This document shows positions 36,101 through 45,225 of a stretch of DNA of 64,000 nucleotides, in pieces. The translations under genes were made by a program, and so were the position numbers. Origin of the DNA: a virus; IMG/VR virus record IMGVR_UViG_3300021090_001018, positions 3,361 through 67,360 of that record. One strand, written 5' to 3'. The notes below the pieces were generated by a model. It was not told the origin of the DNA. It did not search any database and saw only the letters and a program-made list of their open reading frames with translations. Every line of letters begins with the position of its first letter. Position 1 is the first letter of the stretch.

Positions 36101-37965
36101 GTGACCGAGGTAGGGATCCATGTGCAACGGCAATTACTTGACAAGATCCCATTTACACTATACATTGAACTATGAGTCGATACGTCAAAAACAAATACAC
36201 CTCCCCGACCAGATTCTACAATCTGGACATCGACGATCTCGTCGAACGCTACCTCCGCGGGGAGAGCCTCAACCAAATCGCCGCAGTCTTCCATTGTTGT
36301 CGTCACGTGATCATGACAAGACTTATCTTCGCAGGGATTACGATACGAACCCTCACTGAGAGCAATAGGCTGATGGCCAGCCGAAGAACCGCGAGCGAGA
36401 ATAGCTGGAATGCTCTTGCGGCTCAGAAGGCAGTCCGCGGCCGCCGCCAACCTTTCAAGGAGAAGCGACAGCGAGCTCTCACCATCCAAAAACAAGGGCT
36501 GACGAGTCGAAACGTCTCCACCCATGAGAAAGAGTTTTTTCGCCTGTGCCAGACACAGAGAGTGGAACTGACCCCTCAATTCGCAGTCGGAAAGTATAAC
36601 GTCGATTTCCTCATCAAGGGCACCACCGTCACCGTGGAAGTATTGGGGGCGGGTGCCAGATATTCTTCGGAGGTGTTTAGGAAGTATTTTGGAGATCGTC
36701 TCAAATACATTAGAAATCGAGGCTACTCCATCATTCTTATCTGGGTGTTCAATAAAAGTAGAATCAACCGACGATGCACCAATAAGACAATCGCCCTGGC
36801 GAAGGTCTTTAGCCAAACACCAACCACCCCGGGTCAACAACACATGATGTTCAGTGACGGAGAGCCGGCGATTGTGAAGAGTGGTCAAGTGAATCACTCT
36901 TCCATGATACTTTGCCCGAGTGAGGAAGAGTGCATCAGGACATTCAATGAGGCTATCACCTAAAACACAATTGGGGTGGAGTGGAATCATCCCACGGGCC
37001 TGTTCGATTGTAAAGACCTGCCCCTCCATGGGGAGGCAGAGTTCACACACCCTATCATCTCCCGCAGTGGACCACTCGGCTTTGATGCCTAGTTCCTGCA
37101 CCCCAAGACGATTGAAGGCGTCCAGCTGGCCCTCAGCGTGGGCGTTAATGATCTCCGTCCTCGCTATGGTAAGGGCCCGGGAACCTGCGAGAGATCCAAT
37201 TCTCTCGCCGAGCTCGCGGGCGAGATCCTCCGCTCCACGTCCATCAGCGATCCCTTGCGCGAGAATCCGGTTCATCTCCGACGACATGGTGGCCGTAATG
37301 CCACGCAACTGCTCAAAGGCCCGGGTGCCAAGCAATTGAACCTTGGACATCGTCTCCGGCTGAGCGAAGGATGACTTTAGGAAGGACTCCGATGACTGAT
37401 CCGTGCCGGTGATCGTCCGGGAGGAGATAAAGGCATTGAACTGACCTCTGCGATACGCAGACTCCACGAACTCGGTCGTCCATGGGGTTCCCGCCGGGGT
37501 ACCTGGGTCCGGTGACAAGACGTTCGCCTCAACTTGCTGGCGAAACCAGTCATTAAACGCACCGAGCTTCTGGGCATCGGTCCGGAACTCAAACTCCCGG
37601 GGTTGGACGTGTAGAGCGATGGTCTGGAAAGGAACGAGATGCTTCTTCTCCTTCAAACCGAGGGCATCCTTCTCCACCATGAAATCTTTCACGGCTCTTC
37701 GCAAGTTCCTAAAGGCCTTGGACAGCTCTCGCATGAACGCCCGGCGGAGCGAAAGAGTCCGGGTGGGGTCCATCTTTAATGGATTAGTCCTCTGGTTTGA
37801 GACGAAAGCATTCCCGGCCGACCGGCTCGCATAGTAGGCCGCGATAGCCGCCCGAGCCTTCCCTTTGGAACGATGACGAGAGACGATATGACCATGAGCA
37901 TCCACCTTGGCCCAAGGCTCACCAGGGCGGCCTGTAACGGGGCGATATTCGACGGTGTAGGGCAT
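36097..37965 (-). CDS. Head morphogenesis protein (MuF/SPP1 gp7-like), intein-containing
   Basis: RALTIARTE, WSTAGDDRVC..C, IPLHPN^CRC motif interrupted by an intein. Confidence 0.92.
   Translation of the reverse strand: MPYTVEYRPVTGRPGEPWAKVDAHGHIVSRHRSKGKARAAIAAYYASRSAGNAFVSNQRTNPLKMDPTRTLSLRRAFMRELSKAFRNLRRAVKDFMVEKDALGLKEKKHLVPFQTIALHVQPREFEFRTDAQKLGAFNDWFRQQVEANVLSPDPGTPAGTPWTTEFVESAYRRGQFNAFISSRTITGTDQSSESFLKSSFAQPETMSKVQLLGTRAFEQLRGITATMSSEMNRILAQGIADGRGAEDLARELGERIGSLAGSRALTIARTEIINAHAEGQLDAFNRLGVQELGIKAEWSTAGDDRVCELCLPMEGQVFTIEQARGMIPLHPNCVLGDSLIECPDALFLTRAKYHGRVIHLTTLHNRRLSVTEHHVLLTRGGWCLAKDLRQGDCLIGASSVDSTFIEHPDKNDGVASISNVFETISKILPKHLRRISGTRPQYFHGDGGALDEEIDVILSDCELRGQFHSLCLAQAKKLFLMGGDVSTRQPLFLDGESSLSLLLERLAAAADCLLSRKSIPAILARGSSAGHQPIALSEGSYRNPCEDKSCHDHVTTTMEDCGDLVEALPAEVAFDEIVDVQIVESGRGGVFVFDVSTHSSMYSVNGILSSNCRCTWIPTSVT
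36138..36174 (+). promoter_or_regulatory. Sigma70-like promoter for a leaderless antisense mRNA
   Basis: TTGACA (36138-43)-17 bp-TACATT (36161-66)-5 nt-ATG (36172). Confidence 0.7.
36172..36963 (+). CDS. HTH + DUF559/Vsr-like endonuclease encoded antisense inside the intein
   Basis: YLRGESLNQIAAVFHCCRHVI (HTH); STHEKEF...PQFAVGKYNVDFLI...VTVEVLG...DRLKYIRNRGYSIILIW. Confidence 0.8.
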   Translation: MSRYVKNKYTSPTRFYNLDIDDLVERYLRGESLNQIAAVFHCCRHVIMTRLIFAGITIRTLTESNRLMASRRTASENSWNALAAQKAVRGRRQPFKEKRQRALTIQKQGLTSRNVSTHEKEFFRLCQTQRVELTPQFAVGKYNVDFLIKGTTVTVEVLGAGARYSSEVFRKYFGDRLKYIRNRGYSIILIWVFNKSRINRRCTNKTIALAKVFSQTPTTPGQQHMMFSDGEPAIVKSGQVNHSSMILCPSEEECIRTFNEAIT

Positions 37966-37966
37966 A

Positions 37967-38269
37967 CTAGGTGAGAGATTTCCACCGCCGGGCGGACCAA
38001 CAAGGTTGCCGCAAGGGGAAGTGACTCACCTGCCTCCTTGACTCATAGGAAAGCAACATGACCCTCTGACGGCAGAAATCTTCGTAGATCTGGGCCCTCT
38101 CTCGAATCGCTTCCAGAGATTCCCTTCTGAGCTCCTCCAGAAAATTCCTTACATCCTCATCATCCGGAGGTAAGGGTAGTCGCGAACTCAAACGTGAGTA
38201 GTCGCAATAATCAGAGGAGATTACCACTGTCGAATCAACCGAAATGGAAATGGTAATGGTGGTCAACAT
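37967..38269 (-). CDS. Hypothetical protein
   Basis: Fills the portal-MuF gap; SD-like GGGAG upstream. Confidence 0.5.
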   Translation of the reverse strand: MLTTITISISVDSTVVISSDYCDYSRLSSRLPLPPDDEDVRNFLEELRRESLEAIRERAQIYEDFCRQRVMLLSYESRRQVSHFPLRQPCWSARRWKSLT

Positions 38270-38277
38270 CTCCCGCT

Positions 38278-39726
38278 TCAGGATGGTTGATTCGGTGAAG
38301 GGGGATTAGCCGTGTCACCATCATTAGGAGGGGCCTGATCTTGCTCACCACCCTTGTCCTCATCCCGAAGCAGGGTGCCCGCTTCATCCAAAATGGACCG
38401 AGCCTCCTTATCATCCAGACCCAAGATCAATGTGAGATAATGGAAGGGCGGAATCAGAATGTCCACCCCACCTTGGACGTATTTCGACAAGGCATCTGTC
38501 CGAAGCTGTGCCACCTCCGCCTGGCCCTTGTCACTGGGAGTGTTGAGGTCGGTCCAGTCAATCACGATCTTTTGAGGTTCCGGCAAGACCCCAAAGGCAA
38601 TAAGCCTCTCCAGCAAGGGCCTGATCACGTAAGGACCCAGATACCCCTCCCGGCGACGGTTGAGACGGCGGTTCCATGAAATAGTATCCTGCTCACTCGC
38701 GAGCTGGGCCGCCTCACTCCCCATGAACACCCGCCATGGTACCCCCAAGGCGTTGGCAATCAGGCGAATCTGAACTTCGAGATGGGGAACCGGATCGGCC
38801 ACTTGAACCGATAGAGACTTCGCCGTCATTCCAACCGTGGCGATATATCGTTGGAGGCCGTTCATGTAAGCCTCCATCTGTTTCTTGGTCCCCGGAAGAT
38901 CTATCTCAACTTGCTCATCCGGCGCGACCTGGGCCTCCATAGACAAACCCGGGAAGCCCCCCTTCCAGAACATCTCACCTGAACCGCCCGCGATCTTCCG
39001 CACGTCCAACAAGCGGTTGAACACCTTTTGCATCCTCGGCAGACCGTAAACGTCTGAAGAGGTGCGGTTGTCCGCCAGATGAATCACCCGGCTCCAGTGC
39101 ACGTCCCCGGTGATCGTCTTCTGAGCCGAGCCCAAAGTCTCCTCGAACTGAATTCGATAGATGGTTGGAAACCCGTAACGGGGGTTGGTTACATCTTCCT
39201 CGAATTTCGCAATGTCGAGACAGGCCTCGTCAAAAGGCCTGAGGTAGAGAAGCTGATGAGTGCTCGTGCCTACCTTCTCACCCTTCTCGTCGATACCCAT
39301 AACCGGGACATTGAGAGGCTGTCCATCATCCAAACCCAGCAGGAGGATCCCATACCGCCCAATCCCGCTAAGGACATCAGCTCGCTGCAAGATTGGAAGA
39401 ATGCTGAGGGTCTCCTCTAATTCGATCCAAGCCGTCTCGAATGCGGTCATGCTCTCATCCTCAGTCTCGAATACCTGGGGGCGAGTCGCCCAGGATTCCT
39501 CGGGCAAGACCGCTACCACACGGTGGGCGATATCGCCGCGCAAGAAGAAATTCTTGTAATCCTCTCGAGTGATCTCTAAGGGGTGACCACATTCAAAATC
39601 AAGATCACGCCGCGGATCTAGCTGTCGGCGGAGCCAGAGCTGTCGCTCTAAGAGAATGTTTTGGGCAAGCTGCGCCCCTAGTGGTGGCGGATAATTGACA
39701 CGAGAATTCGATCTCATGTTCGGCAC
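38278..39726 (-). CDS. Portal protein (DUF1073-like)
   Basis: RADVLSGIGRYG, NPRYGFP..Y, VHWSRVIH, GGSGEMFW. Confidence 0.9.
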   Translation of the reverse strand: MPNMRSNSRVNYPPPLGAQLAQNILLERQLWLRRQLDPRRDLDFECGHPLEITREDYKNFFLRGDIAHRVVAVLPEESWATRPQVFETEDESMTAFETAWIELEETLSILPILQRADVLSGIGRYGILLLGLDDGQPLNVPVMGIDEKGEKVGTSTHQLLYLRPFDEACLDIAKFEEDVTNPRYGFPTIYRIQFEETLGSAQKTITGDVHWSRVIHLADNRTSSDVYGLPRMQKVFNRLLDVRKIAGGSGEMFWKGGFPGLSMEAQVAPDEQVEIDLPGTKKQMEAYMNGLQRYIATVGMTAKSLSVQVADPVPHLEVQIRLIANALGVPWRVFMGSEAAQLASEQDTISWNRRLNRRREGYLGPYVIRPLLERLIAFGVLPEPQKIVIDWTDLNTPSDKGQAEVAQLRTDALSKYVQGGVDILIPPFHYLTLILGLDDKEARSILDEAGTLLRDEDKGGEQDQAPPNDGDTANPPSPNQPS

Positions 39727-40034
39727 TCTAACAGGCGGCGGCGATCAGGGCAACTATTCTTTCCCCGCTTCAACGCGATGTGCAAGAGGACCAAGTAGCC
39801 CAGGAGGTCCAAAAGGGTGTCCTCTTGGAATCCACCGGGACCATGAGCGAGGCGGCTCAGCTTATCGTCAATGCGAACCCTAAGACCCTCCGTGCTATCG
39901 CACCGCGAGAAGATCTGCACGGGGCTCAACGCCGAGTCGCCATAGGATCGATTCTTCTTGACGAGAAGGTCGCTAACCTCGCGGCAAACCTGACGGATAT
40001 CACGAGCCGTGTCCAGATGGGGTCGGTTTTTCAT
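39714..40034 (-). CDS. All-alpha nucleotide pyrophosphatase-like protein (DUF1599/Nmad1-like)
   Basis: KKNRSYGDS...VRIDDKLSRL...EDTLLDLLGY. Confidence 0.8.
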   Translation of the reverse strand: MKNRPHLDTARDIRQVCREVSDLLVKKNRSYGDSALSPVQIFSRCDSTEGLRVRIDDKLSRLAHGPGGFQEDTLLDLLGYLVLLHIALKRGKNSCPDRRRLLECRT

Positions 40035-40237
40035 TCGTCCTGTTATCTCCCTCAGGATCAACACAGACCCATTTGATGGTGTCGTAGGCCTCCATAGTCA
40101 TAGGGAAGAGAAGAAGCAGATATTGCTAACCAAACGGAGGAAGTGGGTGGCGAAATACACACCCATCACTCCCAACAAAAGTGGGAGCAGAAACACCATT
40201 AAGGCTATGACAACCCGCCAGAAAGATATAGGCGTCT

Positions 40238-40444
40238 TCATTCCTTTCCTGGGAGGGTGTAAATCGCCCCGTCTTCCCCTTCCGGTTCCTGATGGACCGG
40301 CATGGAGAAGAGGTTGTCTGTGTTTGAGGCGCCTAGGGCGAAAGGCACACCATTTTCGTCATACTTCACAATGAAGGCGCCCGCCAAGGCGTCGAAGACG
40401 AATTGCTTTTCGAGCTCAGTCAATTCACGTTTTGGCATAATCAT
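40238..40444 (-). CDS. Hypothetical protein
   Basis: Coupled small ORF. Confidence 0.5.
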   Translation of the reverse strand: MIMPKRELTELEKQFVFDALAGAFIVKYDENGVPFALGASNTDNLFSMPVHQEPEGEDGAIYTLPGKE

Positions 40445-40749
40445 CAGTCATCTAAGGTCCCAACCTGCCGGGCATAGGCCAAATACTTGGCGACCTTCTT
40501 GGCTTTCTCCGCCTTCTTTAAGGGGTCCTCCCAATTCTCTGGAATGATACGCATCCCCACCAGCAAGTCCACCACAGCTATAAAGTCGTTGAGTTCTCCC
40601 ACCAGCCGCTGGGTATTAGTCAGGCGGTCGGGGTTCTTATCACCGTCGTAAACCTCCAGGAGGCCAAAGCGATTGATCTTGCTCGTCATCTGAGCAATTT
40701 CAGCGCCTTCCTCACCCAGAAGGGAGATCAGATGTTCAATGGTTGTCAT
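40444..40749 (-). CDS. MazG-like protein
   Basis: LGEEGAEIAQMTSKINRFG...LVGELND; start ATG 40749. Confidence 0.7.
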   Translation of the reverse strand: MTTIEHLISLLGEEGAEIAQMTSKINRFGLLEVYDGDKNPDRLTNTQRLVGELNDFIAVVDLLVGMRIIPENWEDPLKKAEKAKKVAKYLAYARQVGTLDD

Positions 40750-40756
40750 CCTTCCG

Positions 40757-40903
40757 CTACGCGGCGCGGGTAATGGAGTAGATCTCGTCGTAGACAAGAC
40801 CGCTCTTGCCAAACATGAGCACAGCCTCCTCGAAGCCCTCAGCCATAACCGCTTCACAGCTGAACTGACCCTCATAAATGAAAACAACCAAATATCGTTT
40901 CAT
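40757..40903 (-). CDS. 48-aa hypothetical protein
   Basis: Own translation MKRYLVVFIYEGQFSCEAVMAEGFEEAVLMFGKSGLVYDEIYSITRAA. Confidence 0.5.
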   Translation of the reverse strand: MKRYLVVFIYEGQFSCEAVMAEGFEEAVLMFGKSGLVYDEIYSITRAA

Positions 40904-40937
40904 ACCCTATAATCTTACCATGTTATTATCTCTTCGA

Positions 40938-42416
40938 TCAGAAAAGGTTCCCTACCTTGCGCCGTTTTCGAGCGATGCGATTGAAGGCCCCGCTGCTCGC
41001 ATCTACCTGATCTTTAACCTTAGCCTTGTTGCTGAAGTGCTTCAATTCTTCGACATAGGCCCTCGTCCAAAGCCTCTTCAAGACGAAGACATTCCCCGAT
41101 CCCACTTGGGAAGCGAAGGGGTAAGCACGGGTCTCTTTGTCACCCGTGGGGTGGTAGGTGTAAACGCGAAAGCCGGAGAGGTTCCTCACCGTAGCCTCAC
41201 CCGATTCCTTGCCTCCGGATCCTCCTTCCACCTCCAAGACGACCTCAATGTCATCACCGTCTTCCTCTGCTGTAGCCAAAATCTTCTCCTCCCGCTGTGT
41301 CGCCCCCCATTGCCCCCGGCGAACATCCAGCACTCCAAATTGATTCTTCTCACCTCGGGCCATCAAGACCCCCACCGAATAGGCCCCACCATCTTGAGTG
41401 CCGGCCTTGTCCCATGACCTGACTGTCGCCATACACTTGAAAGGGAGCTCATCTACCAATTGCAGTCTATCCGTATCAAAAAAACCTCCGGTGAGGGGAA
41501 CCGGACTCTGGAGGACCTGCGCCGCATAGCCGTAGGCCCCTAGATCCTCCTCCATCTCCTCCAAGACCCTTTTAGGCAGGCGAACTGGATCAAAGAGATC
41601 GTCCCGGTAACGGCCCCTGAGCTCCGGCGGCGAGATTAGGTTATCAAGCCCCGGCCGGAGTTCGCCTGGCAGACATATATGGCGGACCGTCCCGTGCGAT
41701 CTCGCCAGCATCTCGCCGCTAGGATCGCCTTCAGCCAACCTCTGCTGAATTAGAATCGTGGGGGTGACACGCTTGTCCACCTTGCGCGTGGTGAGAGTAC
41801 CTTTCATCCACCGGTTAGCTGTCTTCAAATCAGCCTCACTGAAAGACTCCTCGGGGTTGAGCGGATCATCCACAACCAAGAGGTGGGCATGGTATCCCGT
41901 AACGTAGCCTCCCACCGATACGGACAAGCGAGATCCCATCTGGGTGTTGGTGAAAAGACCTTTGGTATTCTCGTCCTCGCGCAAGGTGATCCCTGGAAAG
42001 CATCGCTGAAACTTCTCGGACTGAACGATGTCGCGGGTCTTCAGACTGTCCTTAAGGGCAACCTGATGAGCGTAGGATCCGCAAATGATCCGGCATTCCG
42101 GCATCCGGATCCAGCACCAAGCAGGCAGGGCTTGACTGAAGATGGTGCTCTTAGTCGTGCCGGGTGAGATATTCACCACCAAGTCATATTCCTTTTCCTC
42201 CCCTTTAAACACCCGCTCCATGATCATCTGGGCCTCCTCGCACAGATACGGGAGGTGCCAGTTGTCCACCATCACTTCACCCACGATGACATCCCAAAAC
42301 TCCCTAACAAATTCGTAAAAGGAATCGCGGCAGATGCTCGCAACCAAATTCTCCTCAATCGCCGTCACTGCCTCTGGTGGACGGGGCAGACCCATGAAGC
42401 TATAGGGCGTCTTCAT
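40938..42416 (-). CDS. Terminase large subunit
   Basis: NISPGTTKS, LVVDDPLNP, IQQRL..GD, RSWDKA, DQVDA. Confidence 0.95.
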   Translation of the reverse strand: MKTPYSFMGLPRPPEAVTAIEENLVASICRDSFYEFVREFWDVIVGEVMVDNWHLPYLCEEAQMIMERVFKGEEKEYDLVVNISPGTTKSTIFSQALPAWCWIRMPECRIICGSYAHQVALKDSLKTRDIVQSEKFQRCFPGITLREDENTKGLFTNTQMGSRLSVSVGGYVTGYHAHLLVVDDPLNPEESFSEADLKTANRWMKGTLTTRKVDKRVTPTILIQQRLAEGDPSGEMLARSHGTVRHICLPGELRPGLDNLISPPELRGRYRDDLFDPVRLPKRVLEEMEEDLGAYGYAAQVLQSPVPLTGGFFDTDRLQLVDELPFKCMATVRSWDKAGTQDGGAYSVGVLMARGEKNQFGVLDVRRGQWGATQREEKILATAEEDGDDIEVVLEVEGGSGGKESGEATVRNLSGFRVYTYHPTGDKETRAYPFASQVGSGNVFVLKRLWTRAYVEELKHFSNKAKVKDQVDASSGAFNRIARKRRKVGNLF

Positions 42417-43197
42417 GCTCCGTTTCCCCAACTGGAGCCGATAGCATTCGTGCCGGCTCCAAATCAACTATCTGGCCCTTGCCCTTCCAATCCATCTCCT
42501 TCTTCCTGCGAACCGCCTCAAGAATCTTACGGCGAGTCTCAAGATCTAGATCCAGCTGGGAGACATCTATCCCCACCATCACCTGGCCCGTATGCTCTAC
42601 CGTCACTTTCTCGGAGTATCCCCGGTCTGCGTTGATCGTCCGGTTGACGAACATCACGGCTCCCGGGTACCTCACCTCCACCAGATCCATGAGGGCATTC
42701 TCGAAAAAGTCCTTTTTGTGAATCTGTATCACCTTCATCAACTCGATAAATTCAGGTTCTTCTTGCCAAGCCCTCATCGTCTGACGACCCAATCCCACGA
42801 GCTCACAGGCTCTTGAGATGTTATAGGAGCAGTTGATCAACGCATGGAAGAAGAGTTCCTTCCTCAATCTCTTGTCAATCCTTTCGGTAATCCTCCCTGG
42901 TACATCTCCATCTTTCCAGAACGCAAGTTCATTCCAAATCGCTCTCGCTTCTGGAGAGAGTTTCCCTAGAATATAGTGAGGAAGAGTATCTTGTTTCTGT
43001 CGTCGCTCATCCGCGAGGTCTTTCACCATCTTCAAATCAGGATACCGTTTGATCCAGGCACAAAGGGTACCGTTAGCAGCGGGAAGGTTCAGGGCCTCAC
43101 TCACCTTGATCAAGTCGGGAGTTCGCAAGAAAGCGTCGTAGAGATCGAGGAGGAATCTCAATGTGAACTTCTTCGATCTAGTCATAGCCGGAAGCAT
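42400..43197 (-). CDS. Terminase small subunit-like HTH protein
   Basis: NISRACELVGLGRQT...W, RGYSEKVTVEHTG; directly upstream of the large subunit. Confidence 0.75.
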   Translation of the reverse strand: MLPAMTRSKKFTLRFLLDLYDAFLRTPDLIKVSEALNLPAANGTLCAWIKRYPDLKMVKDLADERRQKQDTLPHYILGKLSPEARAIWNELAFWKDGDVPGRITERIDKRLRKELFFHALINCSYNISRACELVGLGRQTMRAWQEEPEFIELMKVIQIHKKDFFENALMDLVEVRYPGAVMFVNRTINADRGYSEKVTVEHTGQVMVGIDVSQLDLDLETRRKILEAVRRKKEMDWKGKGQIVDLEPARMLSAPVGETEHEDAL

Positions 43198-43309
43198 AGC
43201 ACCCCTTCTCGCGGAAGCAAGGGCGATCTATCGTGTCCATGGGCCCAATTCGTCCTCCAAGTCTGCCGGAAGTTCTGAGCAGACCTGCATCTGATCAGCG
43301 TCTTCGTAA

Positions 43310-43783
43310 CTAATGAATCAGTTCATACCTCACCCGGCTCCGCCAAAAGACCTGGGTGCTCGGCAAAGGTAGTTCCTGAGTCATCAGACTGATTTCATCC
43401 CTCCAAGGTCCGAGCGGATTGTTTGATGACTCGAGGGTGGAGGAGATGCGAATCGACTTCAAAGGGGGTGCGGGGGGAGGATTCGTCCCAATGGTCTTCC
43501 AGACGACATTGCTGGGGTCACTTTCCAATCCCGTTAGATCGTTGCGAGCGGTTACGACGAAGAACCAGGTCCCCGGTGCCAGACCTATAATGGTGACAGT
43601 CAGATTGGTTCCCGCATTGGTGACCGAAGAGTAGATATCAACCTGGGTCCCAGCATAGATCCGGTAACTGGTCACGTTCGTATCTGGGCTGGGATCCCAA
43701 GCCAAAGTAACCAATGGGGCTGACCAGAGCGAACTGACCCAACCAAGGGCCAATAAAACATAGAGGCGGACTGTCGCATTCAT
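43310..43783 (-). CDS. Secreted fibronectin type III domain protein
   Basis: Signal peptide; VTLAWDPSPDTNV.SYRIY...GLAPGTWFFVVTA...GLESDPSN. Confidence 0.85.
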   Translation of the reverse strand: MNATVRLYVLLALGWVSSLWSAPLVTLAWDPSPDTNVTSYRIYAGTQVDIYSSVTNAGTNLTVTIIGLAPGTWFFVVTARNDLTGLESDPSNVVWKTIGTNPPPAPPLKSIRISSTLESSNNPLGPWRDEISLMTQELPLPSTQVFWRSRVRYELIH

Positions 43784-43809
43784 GACCTATTATCTGGTTG
43801 AAGAGATTT

Positions 43810-44106
43810 CTAGGAGGAGGTCCCTTCCGCCTTCAGCAAAGCCTCCAATTGAACAAGGTGAGTGAGGCCCATCATAGAAGTCTCGACAGCGATCACATCT
43901 AACAGACGTTGGCGAAACCCTTCCAAGACCCACCGCTTGTCATCGAACGGCGTGAGGTCCATCTTCTTGACGGCTTCATCCAACTTTTCCACCATCATTA
44001 TCAGGGAGACTGTTACCAAAGGCCCCGCGCTAGAAACCCCAAGACGGATGAACCATGAGGCCAGCTTCTGAGCTTCCTCTTCAGTATAGGGAACAATATC
44101 TTTCAT
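43810..44106 (-). CDS. Hypothetical protein
   Basis: Coupled ORF. Confidence 0.55.
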   Translation of the reverse strand: MKDIVPYTEEEAQKLASWFIRLGVSSAGPLVTVSLIMMVEKLDEAVKKMDLTPFDDKRWVLEGFRQRLLDVIAVETSMMGLTHLVQLEALLKAEGTSS

Positions 44107-44324
44107 AGGTTCTTCCTCCCATTTCGGATGGCGGCTTTGAGGACATCACGCAAACCCACACTATCCTTCTCCACCAGCCCATGAGATACCATCAGGAAGT
44201 AGGCGCTATCAAGACGGAGGGCGCGGTCAACGATTAAGCACGCCTTCAATGGCGTGATGGTCTTGAGATCCTCCCTCGTTATCTTCTTCTTGGTGGCCAT
44301 AGCTCTAAGAGCAGGAGATATCAC
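44103..44324 (-). CDS. Hypothetical protein
   Basis: Coupled ORF. Confidence 0.5.
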   Translation of the reverse strand: MISPALRAMATKKKITREDLKTITPLKACLIVDRALRLDSAYFLMVSHGLVEKDSVGLRDVLKAAIRNGRKNL

Positions 44325-44327
44325 CTA

Positions 44328-44618
44328 TCATCGCGGCACGCTCTCTGATATGCAACCAGTCTCACACAGCTCTTTAGCGATGCGGGCGCCGCGTTCTTCG
44401 CCCGCCTCCTTGTTCCAATGTGCCCAATGCTCCCATCCATCCTTGGCCGGAAAATCGCGAATGATGAAGCTCTTCGAATGCACCCATCCGGCCGCGGAAT
44501 CTGCACACCCAGCTCCCTCAAATGTTTGGTGCAGCATTTCATGGGTGATCCAGTTGAAGCTGATGGCTATAGCTCTTTTCATCTCGGTTTCTTCTACCTC
44601 AAGAGCAGGAGATGTCAC
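44328..44618 (-). CDS. Hypothetical protein
   Basis: ORF in operon orientation; start likely 44582. Confidence 0.5.
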   Translation of the reverse strand: MTSPALEVEETEMKRAIAISFNWITHEMLHQTFEGAGCADSAAGWVHSKSFIIRDFPAKDGWEHWAHWNKEAGEERGARIAKELCETGCISESVPR

Positions 44619-45204
44619 TCAGAGTGGTGTCTAGCTCATCCGCGATCTCCTCGATTCGTTCCTTCAAGGCCGCTCGCTTCTCAACCTGCTTGGGATCCGC
44701 CTCGGCTGCGGCCTTGCGCTTGACAAAATCTTCATCTGACTCACCCTCCTTTTGGGTCAGTTCCTCAGGATCTTCACCCTCGAAGGTGATGTCCACCCCT
44801 TCCAGATTGCTAACGACCTCGCCCAGAGCGTCGATCCGTTCCTGGAGCAGTTCACCCGTAGGACCTTGCTGGAGACTATCAGGTATGTTGTTAAGTTTGT
44901 CTTCGCACTCATTCCCAATCTCCTCCAATTGACTCACAGCGTCATCCTTCGCTGATTCCAGATCCTCAATGCAAGCGGCCGAATGGAAATCGGTTTCCTG
45001 TGCACTGTAAACCGCGACCCAGAACTCCGATTGAGTCAGGTCCCTGGGCTTGGGAGTGCATTCAGGCTTCATACACCGGATCCTCCGCCCCCCATAGCGA
45101 AACTCCCAGTAGCGATAAGCGTCGCCTTTCCTGATTTCACAACCGCAATACCCGCAGGTCCCTTGATCCTTTCGAGTCTTCTTGACTAGATATACTCGTG
45201 GCAT
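44599..45204 (-). CDS. Zn-ribbon + acidic helical protein
   Basis: CGYCGCEIRKGDAY...C...C; NIPDSLQQGPTGE. Confidence 0.7.
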   Translation of the reverse strand: MPRVYLVKKTRKDQGTCGYCGCEIRKGDAYRYWEFRYGGRRIRCMKPECTPKPRDLTQSEFWVAVYSAQETDFHSAACIEDLESAKDDAVSQLEEIGNECEDKLNNIPDSLQQGPTGELLQERIDALGEVVSNLEGVDITFEGEDPEELTQKEGESDEDFVKRKAAAEADPKQVEKRAALKERIEEIADELDTTLSDISCS

Positions 45205-45225
45205 AATTGTCTGGTTTATTATCTC

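Larger units (their letters stand above)
36133..36969 (-). mobile_element. Intein, 279 aa
   Basis: Starts C-VLGDSLI; block B VTEHHVLLTRGGW..AKDLRQGD; end VFDVST...YSVNGILSSN followed by Cys; removal restores HPNCRC. Confidence 0.92.

Noticed and set aside
30571-38269. Two ORFs both starting MLTTIT
   Set aside because: Codons differ and similarity stops after six residues; treated as coincidence
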